Shown piece by piece: positions 36,170-49,229 of a stretch of DNA of 64,000 nt. Within the stretch, counting starts at the first letter, position 1. Each line of letters starts with the position of its first letter. The notes below the pieces were generated by a model, which did no database searches, was not told the origin of the DNA, and was given only the letters and a program-made list of their open reading frames with translations. Origin of the DNA: Mobula hypostoma (taxonomy: Eukaryota); contig NC_086101.1 in assembly GCF_963921235.1 (NCBI RefSeq), forward strand, positions 11,224,001 through 11,288,000. Direction: 5' to 3'. A program made the position numbers and the translations under genes.

Positions 36170-39100
36170 TGGTCAGGTAGGAGACAAGCAAACTGGCACT
36201 GCGCCTTTATGAGGTTTGCGACTGGGCGTAGGCGGAAACGGGCGAGGCGAGGAAGGTTTGGTATTCATTTTCTGTTGTTATTTGAGGAGAGGGGCAGTAT
36301 GAGTGTGAGTGCAGTTTGTTGTTCCCGGTGCTGGATGTGAGAGGTCCTGGAGTCTCCCAGCCTCCCAGGCGTCCACATCAGTGCCAGGTGCGCCGAGATG
36401 CAGCTCCTAAGGGACCGCATTAGGGAACTGGAGCTGCAGCTTGATGACCTTTGTCTGGTCAGGGAGAGTGAGGAGTTGATAGAGAGGAGTTGCAGGCAGG
36501 TGGTCACACCGGGGCCACGGGAGGCAGACAAGTGGGTCATGGTTAGGAGGGGGAAGGGGAAGAGTCAGGTACTAGAGAGTACCCCAGTGGCTGTGCCCCT
36601 TGACAATAAGTACTCCTGTTTGAGTACTGTTGCGGGGGACAGCTTACCTGGGGGAAGCGACAGTGGCCGTGCCTCCGGCACAGAGTCCGGCCCTGTAGCT
36701 CAGAAGGGCAGGGAAAGGAAGAGGAGGGCAGTTGTAGTAGGGGACTCGATAGTAAGGGGGTCAGATAGGCGATGCTGTGGACGCAGTCCAGAGACCCGGA
36801 TGGCAGTTTGCCTCCCTGGTGCCAGGGTCCGGGATATTTCTGATCGTGTCCAAGATGTCCTGAAGTGGGAGGGTGGGGAGCCAGAGGTCGTGGTACATAT
36901 AGGTACCAATGACATAAGTAGGAAAAGGGAAGAGGTCCTGAAAGGAGAATATAGGGAGGTAGGAAGGGAGTTGAGAAAAAGGACTGCAAAGGTAGTAATC
37001 TCAGGATTACTGCCTGTGCCACGCGCAGTGAGAGTAGGAATGCAGTGAGGTGGAGGATAAATGCGTGGCTGAGGGATTGGAGCAGGGGGCAGGGATTCAA
37101 GTTTTTGGATCATTGGGACCTCTTTTGGCACAGGTGTGACCTGTACAAAAAGGATGGGTTAGACTTGAATCCTAGTGGGACCAATATCCTGGCGGGGAGA
37201 TTTGCGAAGGCTACTGAGGTGACTTTAAACTAGAATGGTTGGAGGTGGGAACCAAATTAAAGAGACGAGGAGAGAGGAGGTTAGTTCACAACAGGGAGAT
37301 GGGAACAAGTGCAGAGAGACAGAGGGGTGTAAAATGAGGGTAGAAGCAAAAAGTACTAAGTTGAAAAGTAAAAGTGGCAGGCCGGCAAATCCAGGGCAAA
37401 AATCAAAAAGGGCCACTTTTCAACATAATTGTATAAGGGCTAAGAGTGCTGTAAAAGCGAGGCTGAAGATTTTGTCTGTCAATGCAAGGAGCATTCATAA
37501 CAAGGTTGATGAATTAAAAGTGCAGATTGTTATTAATGAATATGATATAGTTGGGATCACAGAGATATGGCTCCAGGGTGACCAAGATGGGAGCTCAACA
37601 TTCAGGGATATTCAATATTCAGGAGGGATAGACATGAAAGAAAAGGAGGTGGGGTAGCATTGCTGGTTAGAGAGGAGATTAACACAATAGAAAGGAAGGA
37701 CATTAGCTGGGAGGATGTGGAATCGATATGGGTAGAGCTGAATAACACTAAGGGGCAGAAAACACTAGTGGGAGTTGTGTACAAGCCACCTAACAGTAGT
37801 AGTGAGGTTGGGGATGGTATTAAACAGGAAATTAGAAATGCGTGCAATAAAGGAACAGCAGTTATAATGGGTGACTTCAATCTACATATAGATTGGGTGA
37901 ACCAAATTGGTAAGGGTGCTGAGTAAGAGGAGTTCTTGGAATGTATGCGGGATGGTTTTCTGAACCAACATATCGAGGAACCAACTAGACAGCAGGCCAT
38001 TCTAGACTGGGTATTGAGCAATGAGGAAGGGTTAATTAGCAATCTTGTCGTGAGAGGCCCCTTGGGTAAGAATGACCATAATATGGTGGAATTCTTCATT
38101 AAGATGGAGAGTGACATAGTTAATTCAGAAAGAAAGGTTCTGAACTTAAAGAAGGGTAACTTTGAAGGTATGAGACGTGAATTAGCTAAGATAGACTGGC
38201 AAATGATACTTAAAGGCTTGATGGTGGATATGCAATGGCAAGCATTTAAAGATTGCATGGATGAACTGCAACAATTGTTCATCCCAGTTTGGCAAAAGAA
38301 TAAATCAGGGAAGGTAGTGAACCCATGGCTGACAAGGGAAATTAGGGATAGTATCAATTCCAAATAAGAAGCATACAAATTAGCCAGAAAAAGTGGCTCA
38401 CCTGAGGACTGGGAGAAACTCAGAGTCCAGCAGAGGAGGACAAAGGGCTTAATTAGGAAAGAGAAAAAAGATTATGAGAAAAAACTGGCAGGGAACATAA
38501 AAACTGACTGTAAACGCTTTTATAGATATGTGAAAAGAAAAAGATTGGTTAAGACAAATGGAGGTCCCCTACAGACAGAAACAGGTGAATTGATTATGGG
38601 GAGCAAGGACATGGCAGACCAATTGAATAATTACTTTGGTTCTGTCTTCACTAAGGAGGACATAAATAATCTTCCGGAAATAGGGGACAGAGGGTCCAGT
38701 GAGATGGAGGAACTGAGGGAAATACATGTTAGTAGGGAAGTGGTGTTAGGTAAATTGAAGGGATTAAAGGCAGATAAATCCCTAGGGCCAGATGGTCTGC
38801 ATCCCAGAGTGCTTAAGGAAGTAGCCCAAGAAATAGTGGATGCATTAGTGATAATTTTTCAAAACTCTTTAAATTCTGGACTAGTTCCTGAGGATTGGAG
38901 GATGGCTAATGTAACCCCACTTTTTAAAACAGGAGGGAGAGAGAAACCGGGGAATTATAGTCCGGTTAGCCTAACATCGGTGGTGGGGAAAATGCTAGAG
39001 TCAGTTACCAAAGATGTGATAACAGCACATTTGGAAAGCGGTGAAATCATCGGACAATGTCAGCATGGATTTGTGAAAGGAAAATCATGTCTGACGAATC

Positions 39101-40390
39101 TCATAGCTTTTTATTTGAGGATGTAACTAGTAGAGTGGATAGGGGAGAACCAGTGGATGTGGTATATTTGGATTTTTAAAAGGCTTTTGACAAGGTCCCA
39201 CACAGGAGATTAGTGTGCAAACTTAAAGCACACTGTATTGGGGGTAAGGTATTGATGTTGATAGAGAAATAGTTGGCAGACAGGAAGCAAAGAGTGGGAA
39301 TAAACGGGACCTTTTCAGAATGGCAGGCAGTGACTAGTGGGGTACCGCAAGGCTCCGTGCTGGGACCCCAGTTGTTTACAATATATATTAATGACTTAGA
39401 TGAGGGAATTAAATGCAGCATCTCCAAGTTTGCGATGACACGAAGCTGGGCGGCAGTGTTAGCTGTGAGGAGGATGCTAAGAGGATGCAGGGTGACTTGG
39501 ATAGGTTAGGTGAGTGGGCAAATTCATGGCAGATGCAATTTAATGTGGATAAATGTGAGGTTATCCACTTTGGTGGCAAAAACAGAAAAACAGATTATTA
39601 TTTGAATGATTTCAATTGGTCTGCCATGTCCTTGCTCCCCATAATCAATTCACCTGTTTCTGTCTGTAGGGGACCTACATTTGTCTTAACCAATCTTTTT
39701 CTTTTCACATATCTATAAAAGCTTTTACAGTCAGTTTTTATGTTCCCTGCCAGTTTTCTGTCATAGCAAGAGAATTCGAGTACAGGAGCAGGGAGGTACT
39801 ACTGCAGTTGTACAAGGCCTTGGTGAGACCACACCTGGAGTATTGTGTGTAGTTTTGGTCCCCTAATCTGAGGAAAGACAGTCTTGCCATAGAGGGAGTA
39901 CAAAGAAGGTTCACCAGATTGATTCCTGGGATGGCAGGACTTTCAAATGATGAAAGACTGGATTGCCTCAGCTTATACTCATTGAAATTTAGAAGATTGA
40001 GGGGGGATCTTATTGAAACGTATAAAATCCTAAAGGGATTGGACAGGCTAGATGCAGGAAGATTGTTCCCAATGTTGGGGAAGTCCAGAACGAGGGGTCA
40101 CAGTTTGAGGATAAAGGGGAAGCCTTTTAGGACCGAGATGAGGAAAAACTTCTTCACACAGAGAGTGGTGAACCTGTGGAATTCTCTGCCACAGGAAACA
40201 GTTGAGGCCAGTTCATTGGCTATATTTAAGAGGGAGTTAGATATGGTCTTGTGGCTAAAGGGATCAGGGGGTATGGAGGGAAGACTGGTACAGGGTTCTG
40301 AGTTGGATAATCAGCCATGATAATACTGAATGGTGGTGCAGGCTCGAAGGGCCAAATGGCCTACTCCTGCACCTATTTTCTATGTTTCTA
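36170..40390 (+). mobile_element. Essentially full-length CR1 LINE (ORF1 about 36299-37233, ORF2 about 37460-40310), disabled
   Basis: ORF1 has Cys motifs, a leucine zipper and SGNH esterase motifs (VVGDSIVR, HIGTND, DGL.LN); ORF2 has APE and RT with several stops and frameshifts; same subfamily as 9541-12358. Confidence 0.97.
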
Positions 40391-41264
40391 ACCGCTTGAT
40401 CCAGAATTTCAGCTCTATCGCGGCTCCAATTAATGCACTCACCGAGAAGACCTCGGCACGATTCCATTGGACGAGCGATGCCGACCAATCATTTTCCAAG
40501 CTAAAGCGACGTTTCACCACTGCCCCACTGCTGCAACACCCAGACCCATCTCCGCCATTCATTGTCGAGGTGGGTGCATCCGATGTAGGCATTGGAGCTG
40601 TCCTCTCTCAGCGCTCGTCTGCGGATAGCCGGCTGCACCCTTGTGCCTTCCTTTCCTGTCGCTTGACTCCGGCCGAGAGGAATGACGATGTTGGGAACCG
40701 GGAGCTTCTGGCTTTCAAGGAGGCCCTGGAGGAATGGCGACACTGGCTGGAAGGGGCAGCACATCCATTCTTGGAATGGACAGATCACAAGAACCTCTCC
40801 TATATCCAGGATGCTAAGAGACTCAACACTTGTCAAGCCTGGTGGGCTCTCTTCTTCACATGGTTCAATTTCATCTTCACTTATCATCCCGGCAGCAAGA
40901 ATACAAAGGCCGATGCTCTCTCCAACGGATCTGAGGACAATGCCGATCCAGAACCTATTCTTCCTCGCTCGTGTATCGCTGCTCCGGTGATTTGGGAAAT
41001 ACAGGCAGAGGTGAGGGCCGCCCAACAATCAGATCCAGGCTTGGGTGGGGAACCTCCCAACTGGCTGTTTGTTCCTGCTGTGGTGCGTTCCAAAGTGTTC
41101 GAATGGGGTCACTCCTCCTTCTGGCTGGACATTGGGAATTCAATGGACTCGGGAGTTTTGGAGACAATTTTGGTGGCCGTCTATGTCCCAGGATGTCCAC
41201 GACTTTTTACTACCTGTTCCACCTGTGCTCAGAACAAGACATCACGCCAGCGTCCTGCTGGTTT

Positions 41265-43612
41265 AGTGTTGTGCAATGAACCGGATTTGATCAGGGACCT
41301 CGAGGTAAAGGAGCCGTTAGGAGGTAGTGACCATAATATGATAAGTTTTAATCTACAATTTGAGAGGGAGAAGGGAAACTCAGAAGTGTCAGTATTACAG
41401 TTGAACAAAGGGGACTATGGTGCTATGAGGGAGGAGCTGGCCAAAGTTCAATGGAACAATACCCTAGCAGGGATGACAGTGGAACAGCAATGACAAATGT
41501 TTCTGGGAATAATGCGGAAGGTGCAGGATCAGTTCATTCCAAAGAGGAAGAAAGATCCTAAGGGGAGTAAGGGGAGGCCGTGGCTGACAAGGGAAGTAAT
41601 GGACAGTATGAAAATAAAGGAGAAGAAGTGTAACATAGCAAAGACGAGTGGGAAGCCGGAGGATTGGGAAACTTTTAAAGAGCAACAGGAGGCAACTAAA
41701 AAGGCAATACGCAGAGAAAAAATGAGGTACGAAGGTAAACTAGCCAAGAATATAAAGAAGGATAGTAAAAGCTTCTTTAGGTATGTGAAAAGCGAAAAAA
41801 TAGTTAAGTCTAAAATTGGGCCCTTGAAGACAGAAGCGGGTGAATTTATTATGGGGAAGCAGGAAACGGCAGATGAGTTGAACAGGTACTTTGGATCTGT
41901 CTTCACTAGTGAAGACACAAACAATCTTCCAGATGTAATAGTGGCCAAAGGATCTAGGGTAATGGATGAATTGAAGGAAATTTATATTAGGCAGGAAATG
42001 GTGTTGGATAGGCTGTTGGGTCTGAAGGCTGATAAATCCCTGGGACCTGATGGTCTGCATCCCAGGGTACTTAAGGTGGTGGCTTTAGAAATCGTGGACA
42101 CATTGTTAATCATTTTCCAATGTTCTATAGATTCAGGATCAGTTCCTGTGGATTGGAGGGTGGCTAATGTTATCCCTCTCTTCAAGAAGGGAGGAAGAGA
42201 GAAAACAGGGAATTATAGACCGGTTACGCTGACGTTGGTGGTGGGAAAGATGCTGGAGTCAATTATAAAAGTGAAATTACGACACATCTGGATAGCAGTA
42301 ACAGGATTGGTCGAAGTCAGCATGGATTTACAAAGGGGAAATCATGCTTGACTAATCTTCTGGAATTTTTTGAGGATGTAACTATGAAAATGGACAAGGG
42401 GGTGCCAGTGGATGTAGTGTACCTGGACTTTCAGAAAGCCTTTGATAAAGTCCCACATAGGAGATTATTGGGCAAAATTAGGGCACATAGTATTGGGGGC
42501 AGAGTACTGACATGGATTGAAAATTGGCTGGCTGACAGAAAACAAAGAGTAGCAATTAACGGTTTCCTTTCGGAATGACAGGCGATGACCAGTGGGGTAC
42601 CGCAGGGTTCAGTGCTGGGACCGCAGCTGTTTACAATATATTTTAATGATTTAGATGAGGGAATCAGAAGTAACATTAGCAAATTTGCCGATGACGCAAA
42701 GCTGGGTGGCAGTGTGAAATGTGAGGAGGATGTTATGAGAATGCAGGGTGACTTGGACAGGCTGGGTGAGTGGGCGGATGCATGGCAGATGCAGTTTAAT
42801 GTGGATAAATGTGAGGTTATCCACTTTGGTGCTAAGAACAGGAAGGCAGATTATTATCTAAATGGAATCAAGTTAGGAAAAGGGGAAACACAACGAGATC
42901 TAGGTGTTCTTGTACATCAGTCACTGAAAGTAAGCATGCAAGTACAGCAGGCAGTGAAGAAAGCTAATGGCATGCTGGCCTTCATAACAAGGGAAATTGA
43001 GTATAAGAGCAAAGAGGTCCTTCTGCAGCTGTAGACTGCCCTGGTGAGACCATACCTGGAGTACTGTGTGCAGTTTTGGTCTCCAAATTTGAGGAAGGCC
43101 ATTCTTGCTATTGAGGGAGTGCAGCGTAGGTTCACGAAGTTAATTCCCAGGATGGCGGGAGTGTCATATGTTGAAAGACTGGAGCGACTGGGCTTATATA
43201 CTCTGGAATTTAGAAGGCTGAGAGGGGATCTGATTGAAACATATAAGATTATTAAAGGATTGGACACGCTGGAGGTAGGAAGCATGTTCCCGCTGATGGG
43301 TGGGTCCAGAACCAGAGGCCACAGTTTAAGAATAAGAGGTAGACCATTTAGAATGGAGTTGAGGAAAAACTTTTTCACCCAGAGAGTGGAGGATATATGG
43401 AATGCTGTGCCCCAGAAGGCTGTGGAGGCCAAGTCTCTGGATGCTTTCAAGAAAGAGATGAATAGAGCTCTTAAAGATAGCAAAGTCAAAGGTTATGGAG
43501 ATAAGGCAGGAACTGGATACTGATTGTGGATGATCAGCCATGATCACAGTAAATGGCGGTGCTGGCTCGAAGGGCCAAATGGCCTACTCCTGCACCTATT
43601 GTCTATTTGTCT
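41265..43612 (+). mobile_element. 5'-truncated CR1 LINE
   Basis: LGGSDHN through the RT (FADD, YCVQFWSP) to tail ctattgtctatttgtct; several stops. Confidence 0.95.
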
Positions 43613-45119
43613 GTTACATCCACTACCTGTGTCCCACTGCCCCTGGTCCCACCTCTCAGCAGATTTCATCACTTGTCTGCCCCCTCTAAAGGAAACACTG
43701 TCATTTTGGTCGTTGTGGATCGATTTTCCAAAGCTACCCACTTCATTGCCTTCTCCAAGCTCCCATCGGCTCGTGAGACTGCCGCACTCATGGTTCAACA
43801 TGTGTTCAGGCTCCATGGCTCTCCTCAAGACAGAGTGACTGATCATGGACCACAGTTTACTTCCCGCTTTTGGAAGGCTTTCTGCTCTCTTGTAGGAGCC
43901 ATAGCCAGCCTTTTGTCTGGCTTTCACCCCCAATCTAATGGCCAGACTGAAAGAGTGAACCAGGAATTGAAGACAAACCTGAGCTGCCTTGCCTCTTCCA
44001 ACCCCAGTCCTGGAGCTGCTGATTGGTTTGGGCAGAGATTGCCCACAAGAACCTCCACTCATCCTCCACCGGCATGTCTCCCTTTGAATGCCAGAAGGGA
44101 TTCCAGGTCCCCGCTCTTCCTTGATCAGGAGACCGACGTAGGATTTCCTACTGCGGAACAGCTGATCCTGGAGACCAGACAGGGCTTCTCTGCTGCGCGC
44201 TGAGAAACAGCATTCCCGGTAGGCTGATCGGCTCTGTCGATAGGTAAGGCCATTCAAGCCAGATGAGGTGGTTTGGTTGGCATCAAGGGATCTTCCCCTG
44301 AAAGCCAAGAACCGGAAATTGGTACTGCACTATCTGGGACCGTTTGTAGTGGAATCTTTTCTTTCCTTCTTGCTTTTTCTGAGTTGCCTTCTGTTGGTGT
44401 TTAAAAACTTCCCAACCCTCTAGTTTACCACTAACGTTTGCTATATTGTGTGCCCTGTTTTTGCTTCTGTTCCTGCCATCCTTCAATAAAGACAACACAT
44501 CAGTTATCCTCACAGCTCAGAAAGATACAAAATTCTCTGCAAAGCTCCTTACCATCTCCTCCCATGCTTTACGTAACATCCTAATATGCAGCTCAGGGAT
44601 TAATCCACCCTTATGCATTTGAGGAACTCCAAAATCTCATAATGTTGATATGCTCCTGAATTTCATTATTTTCTTCCCTGACTTCATCAGTTTTCATGTC
44701 CTTATCCTTCCTCGAGTCTTTGCCCATTTCCCATAGCTCCACACAAAGACCTCATTGATCCTAAAGGGGATCTGCTCTTCCCCCAGCTACTCCTCTGCTA
44801 TGTTATACTGTGTTATGATACTTTTCTTCACTGTACAAGAAATTGAAACTTTTGTTAATGATGCATTCATTTTTTTCCAGAGTTAAACTGTGATGTAGAA
44901 ACATAGAGAACCTACAGCACAATACAGGCCCTTCAGCCCACAAAGTTGTGCCAAACATGTCCCTACCTTAGAAATTACAAGGCTTACCTAAAGCCTTCTA
45001 TTTTTCTAAGCTCCATGTACCTATGTAGTTTAATAGGTTTGTTTGGAAACATATCTTCTTTCCCACTCCCCCTCTATCTATATCTTCTATTCTCTCATGC
45101 CTTGATTTATTTGTAAATT

Positions 45120-46535
45120 GAATTGAATCGACTTTATTACTTGCATATTATTTACATCTTTCATGTGCATAAAGAGTAAAAATATTTACTTTATGTTTCT
45201 GTCTAAATGTGCAATTATAGTAATTTATAATAAATATTATGTACAACAGGATGGTCAATATAATGTAGAAATACAATTGTGTCAGCATGAATTAATCAGT
45301 CTGATGGCCTGGTGGAAGAAGCTGTCCCGGAGCCTGTTGGTCCTGGCTTTTATGCTGCGGTACTGTTTCTCGGATGGTAACAGCTGTAACAGTTTGTGGT
45401 TGGGGTGACTCAGGTCCCCAATGATCTTTCGGGCCCTTTTTACACACCTGTCTTTGTAAAGTGCTGAATAGTGGGAAGTTCACATCTAGAGGTGAGCTGG
45501 GCTGCCCGCAGCATTCTCTGCAGAGTCCTGCGATTGAGGTGTTGGCCAGAAAGAATGAGAGTTTAAAAATCAGTGAACTCAAATGAATCGAGGTCAGTGG
45601 AAGCAGACAGACTAATTGTCTTTGTTCTTGCCATGTGCTTGGGGATGAAAGCTGCCATTTTGTTAAGACACTTTATTCTCCATTTTGTGAACTTGAAGTG
45701 CTGCGCTTGATTAATGATGTAAAGAAGACACAATGATACTTCAGGTAATCTACTGGACTGGAGATCATTTCCAAATAACTTCTTATTTGTGAGATGTTCT
45801 TTGGTTGGATGTAATATGCAGGTTTCTGAATGTTGGGGTTGGTGCCTTCATGGAGTGATATAAGCTCATTGCTGATTGAGAACAAAGAGGCATAATTATC
45901 AACTGTCACTTGATGTATGCTGGCCTGGAGCAGAGCCAATAACAAGGTGTTAAAGGGCAGACACATGACCTGTAGCCAATGACATTGGAATATGATATTT
46001 AAATTGATAAAGGATAGCTATAAAAGGATGGATAGATACAAAAGAATAGATATAAAAACACTTGTGAGCAACCCTGCGTGGAACATGTGGTGAGTAAATT
46101 GGGACTACAAGGAATGCCTGGCCAGCGTAGACTCCTTCGCCTGGGTAATACCTTTGCATTTCTTTCACTATTCAAGAGAGTCAGGGATACCTAGTGAGTG
46201 TATTTAGTGTATAAATTCATGTACTTGTTAGTTTAACCAATAAAGGTACTTGTCAGTAAATACAGATCTCTCTGTGCCTCACTAATTATTGTTGTAAGAG
46301 GTGATTTTTACACAGAGGGAAATACAGTTCCCATAACAGGCAGTGATGCAGATAGTCAGGATGCTCTCAATTGTGTCCGTACAAAAAGTTCTTAGAATTT
46401 GGGGAGGCCGTACCAAACTTCTTCAACCGTCTGAAGTGAAGAGGCACTGTTGTGCCTTTTTCACCACACAGACAGCATGTACAGACCATGTGACATCCTC
46501 AGAGATGTTTATGCCAAGGAACTTAAAGCTGTTAA
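45120..46535 (-). mobile_element. Rex1/Babar-type 3' fragment split by a solo LTR
   Basis: FKFLGINISEDVTWS motif; (aattg)n tail near 45120; homologous to 55680-56375. Confidence 0.85.
45540..46314 (+). mobile_element. Solo LTR (775 bp)
   Basis: TG...CA termini; 4-bp TSD GAGG (45536-45539 and 46315-46318); TATAAAA near 46019 and AATAAA near 46239. Confidence 0.85.
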
Positions 46536-47822
46536 AGGTGTGAGCCACAGTGGCAGGGCCTCTGGCACTAAGTCTGACCCAGTGGTGCAGAAGCGTGGGA
46601 CGGAGAAGAGGAGAGCTGTTGTCATTGGAGACTCTATAGTCAGGGGAGCAGACAGGAGATTTTGTGGACATTAGAAGGACACCCGCATGGTTTGTTGCCT
46701 CCCGGGTGCCAGGGTCCAGGATGTCTCTGACCGGGTGCACGACATCCTGGTACGAGAGGGAAAGCAACCAGAAGTTGTGATACATGTTGGGACAAACGAC
46801 ATAGGCAGGAAGAGGGATGAGGTCCTGAAGTGTGAGTTTCGGGAACTAGGCAGAAGGTTGAAGAACAGGACCTCAAGGATGGCGTTCTCAGGATTGCTAA
46901 CAGTGCTACGTGACAGTAATGGTAGGAACTGGAGGAGATGGCAGTTGAATGCGTGGCCGAGGAGTTGGTGCAGGGAGCAGGGTTTTAGATTTTTGGATCA
47001 TTGGGATCTCTTCTGGGGAAGGTGGGACCTGTACAGATTGGATGGGTTGCACTGGAACTCGAGGGGGAGCAATATCCTTGCAGGTGGGTTTGCTAGCATG
47101 GTTCGGTAGGGTTTAAACTAATTTGCAAGGGGGATGGGACCCAGAGCGATAGCGCAGTGAAAGAAGTGCATGGAGTAAAGCCAGATCTAACATACAGAGA
47201 GGCTTTGAGGAAAGAGAAGCAGAATAAACGGTGTAAAGACAGTAAGATAGAAGGGCTGAAATGTGTGTACCTCAATGCAAGAAGCATCAGGAACAAAGGT
47301 GATGAACTGATAGCTTGGATACATACATGGAATTATGATGTAATGGCCATTACAGAGACTTGGCTGGCACCAGGGCAGGAATTGATTCTCAATATTCCTG
47401 GATTTCAGTGCTTTAAATGGGATAGAGAGGGTGGAAAAAGGGGAGGAGGGGTGGCATTACTGGTCAGGGATACTATTACAGCTACAGAAAGGGTGGGTAA
47501 TGTAGCAGGATCCTCTTTTGAGTCAGTATGGGTGGAAGTCAGGAACAGGAAGGGAGCAGTTACTCTACTGGGGGTATTCTATAGGCCCCCTGGTAGCAGC
47601 AGAGATACAGAGGAGCAGATTGGGAGGGAGATTTTGGAAAAGTACAAAAACAACAGGGTTGTTATCATGGGTGACTTTAACTTCCCTACTATTGATTGGC
47701 ACCTGATTACTTACAAGGGTTTAGATGGGACAGCGTTTGTTAAATGTGTCCAGGATGGATTCCTGTCACAGCATGTGGACAGGCCGACTAGGGAGAATAC
47801 CATACTAGATCTAGTACTAGGT
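46536..47822 (+). mobile_element. CR1 fragment: ORF1 esterase part plus ORF2 endonuclease
   Basis: VIGDSIVR and HVGTND; ORF 47157-47858 has LNARSI, ITETW and GDFN. Confidence 0.92.
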
Positions 47823-47894
47823 ATCTACTTATTCACTCCATTCTGGAGTGAGGCTTAAAAGAAAAATAGAATAAAAACATAATAAATCAACTCT

Positions 47895-48210
47895 TCTCAG
47901 TCTTTTTGCCGAGTACAGATATCAATTTTAACCGATTTCTGGATGACAAACTCTGCCATCTTCATCAGGGATGATACCTGGGCATATCTAGTCAGTGAAG
48001 TGCCAGAGTTTGTCATCAAAATGGCAGTTAAAATTGATACCTGCACCCGGCTGGAAGTCTGAGAAGAGTTTATTTGTCTTATATGCTGGGAAAGCACTAG
48101 ATCCATTTATAACTAGCATATTTTATTGACTTTGATAGACTTACAAGATGGAACAGGCTGGAAACAGTCCAGCCCGTCCACAAAATTTGTGTTAACACCA
48201 AACACCCACA
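47895..48210 (-). mobile_element. Penelope-type terminal repeat fragment
   Basis: Minus strand ccctgatgaagatggcagagtttgtcatc; a related insert lies near 32518-32645. Confidence 0.55.
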
Positions 48211-49229
48211 GACATTAATCCTGTCCAAATTCATTTTATTCTCACATTTACATCAACTCCCCAAATGTTCCTCCAGTCATTCCAGTATTTTACAGAGACC
48301 AGTTAGCCTACCAATCTGAGAGTTTATGGGATGCATGAGGAAACTAAGCATGCAGGGCAATCCTGCACAGTCACAGAGAAAATGTATAAACTCCACAAAC
48401 AAGACCTGAGGTCAGGATTACAACTTGCTCATTTAAACTCTGAACCAATAATACTATATGAGCCAGTGTGTTGCTTTTGGTTTGAGGTACATGAGTAATT
48501 TCCCCAGTTGTAACTAATTAAACTCCTGGACTTCCTTTGATCAATGGACAATGTCCTATGAAACCAATTTTGCTGTTAGCATCAGTGTTTCTTCATCAGG
48601 CCATGGCTTCCCTCACAATCCTTCTAATGTTGACTCTGTACCTCTTGTGAAGCAAAGTTTGTCATGAACAACATATGCAGCAAGATTTCTCACAAAGGTC
48701 CAGCAAGTGATCGAGCATCTTCAGGCACTGAGAGACCTGGCTGCAAACAGTGGCAGTGTACAATCAAGACCTTCAGTGTCAGAAAGTTGCAGTTAATGTA
48801 TTTTATGTTATTTCTTCTTTTCTATAAAATATACACAAGGAGAAATTCTCCCAAAGCTTAAACAAATGACTGTACTGATTAAATTCAGAGGAGTTAAATG
48901 CACTCTGGGCTTTGAGTACATGGCAAAAAATAAAGGGTAAAATTGTGGAAACAAAATTGTCCAGTTCAACAATTCACTTTTTGTTCAGAAATGGAAAATT
49001 ATACTTTAGTGAAATATATTGTGGTGCCTACCAAACTTCTGAAGAATTCAGCAGGCCAGGTAGCATTTGCAAGGAACATCAGTCAATATTTTGGGCCAAG
49101 GACCTTTCATCAGAATGGGAAAAATAAGAAGGCAAATTTACTTTAAGTTGCAAAGTCCTGTACAGTTTGGAGAAGGTATAATGACTGTGCTAGGGTGCAG
49201 ACCAGGGTTGTTATCAGAACTGCAATTTC

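Larger units (their letters stand above)
35695..44350 (+). mobile_element. Tf1/sushi-group Gypsy element broken by two CR1 insertions (LTR about 35695-36101, gag start 36123, pol 40391-41264 and 43613-44350)
   Basis: ATGGACCCAGCAGAG (MDPAE); RNase H (VEVGASDVGIGAVL, NRELLA, TDHKNL); INT ([27 protein letters not shown]); RPAG|LLHPLP is continuous across the second CR1. Confidence 0.88.

Noticed and set aside
40330..41493. 387-aa ORF joining RNase H/integrase to an endonuclease tail, suggesting a novel fusion protein
   Set aside because: Chance read-through across CR1, Gypsy and CR1 junctions, with decayed motifs.
48602..48800. GCCATGG followed by hydrophobic MASLTILLMLTLYLL (signal-peptide-like)
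   Set aside because: Stops after 15 codons, lacks a good donor and is on the wrong strand for the BTN exon; the adjacent sequence looks more like decayed gag.
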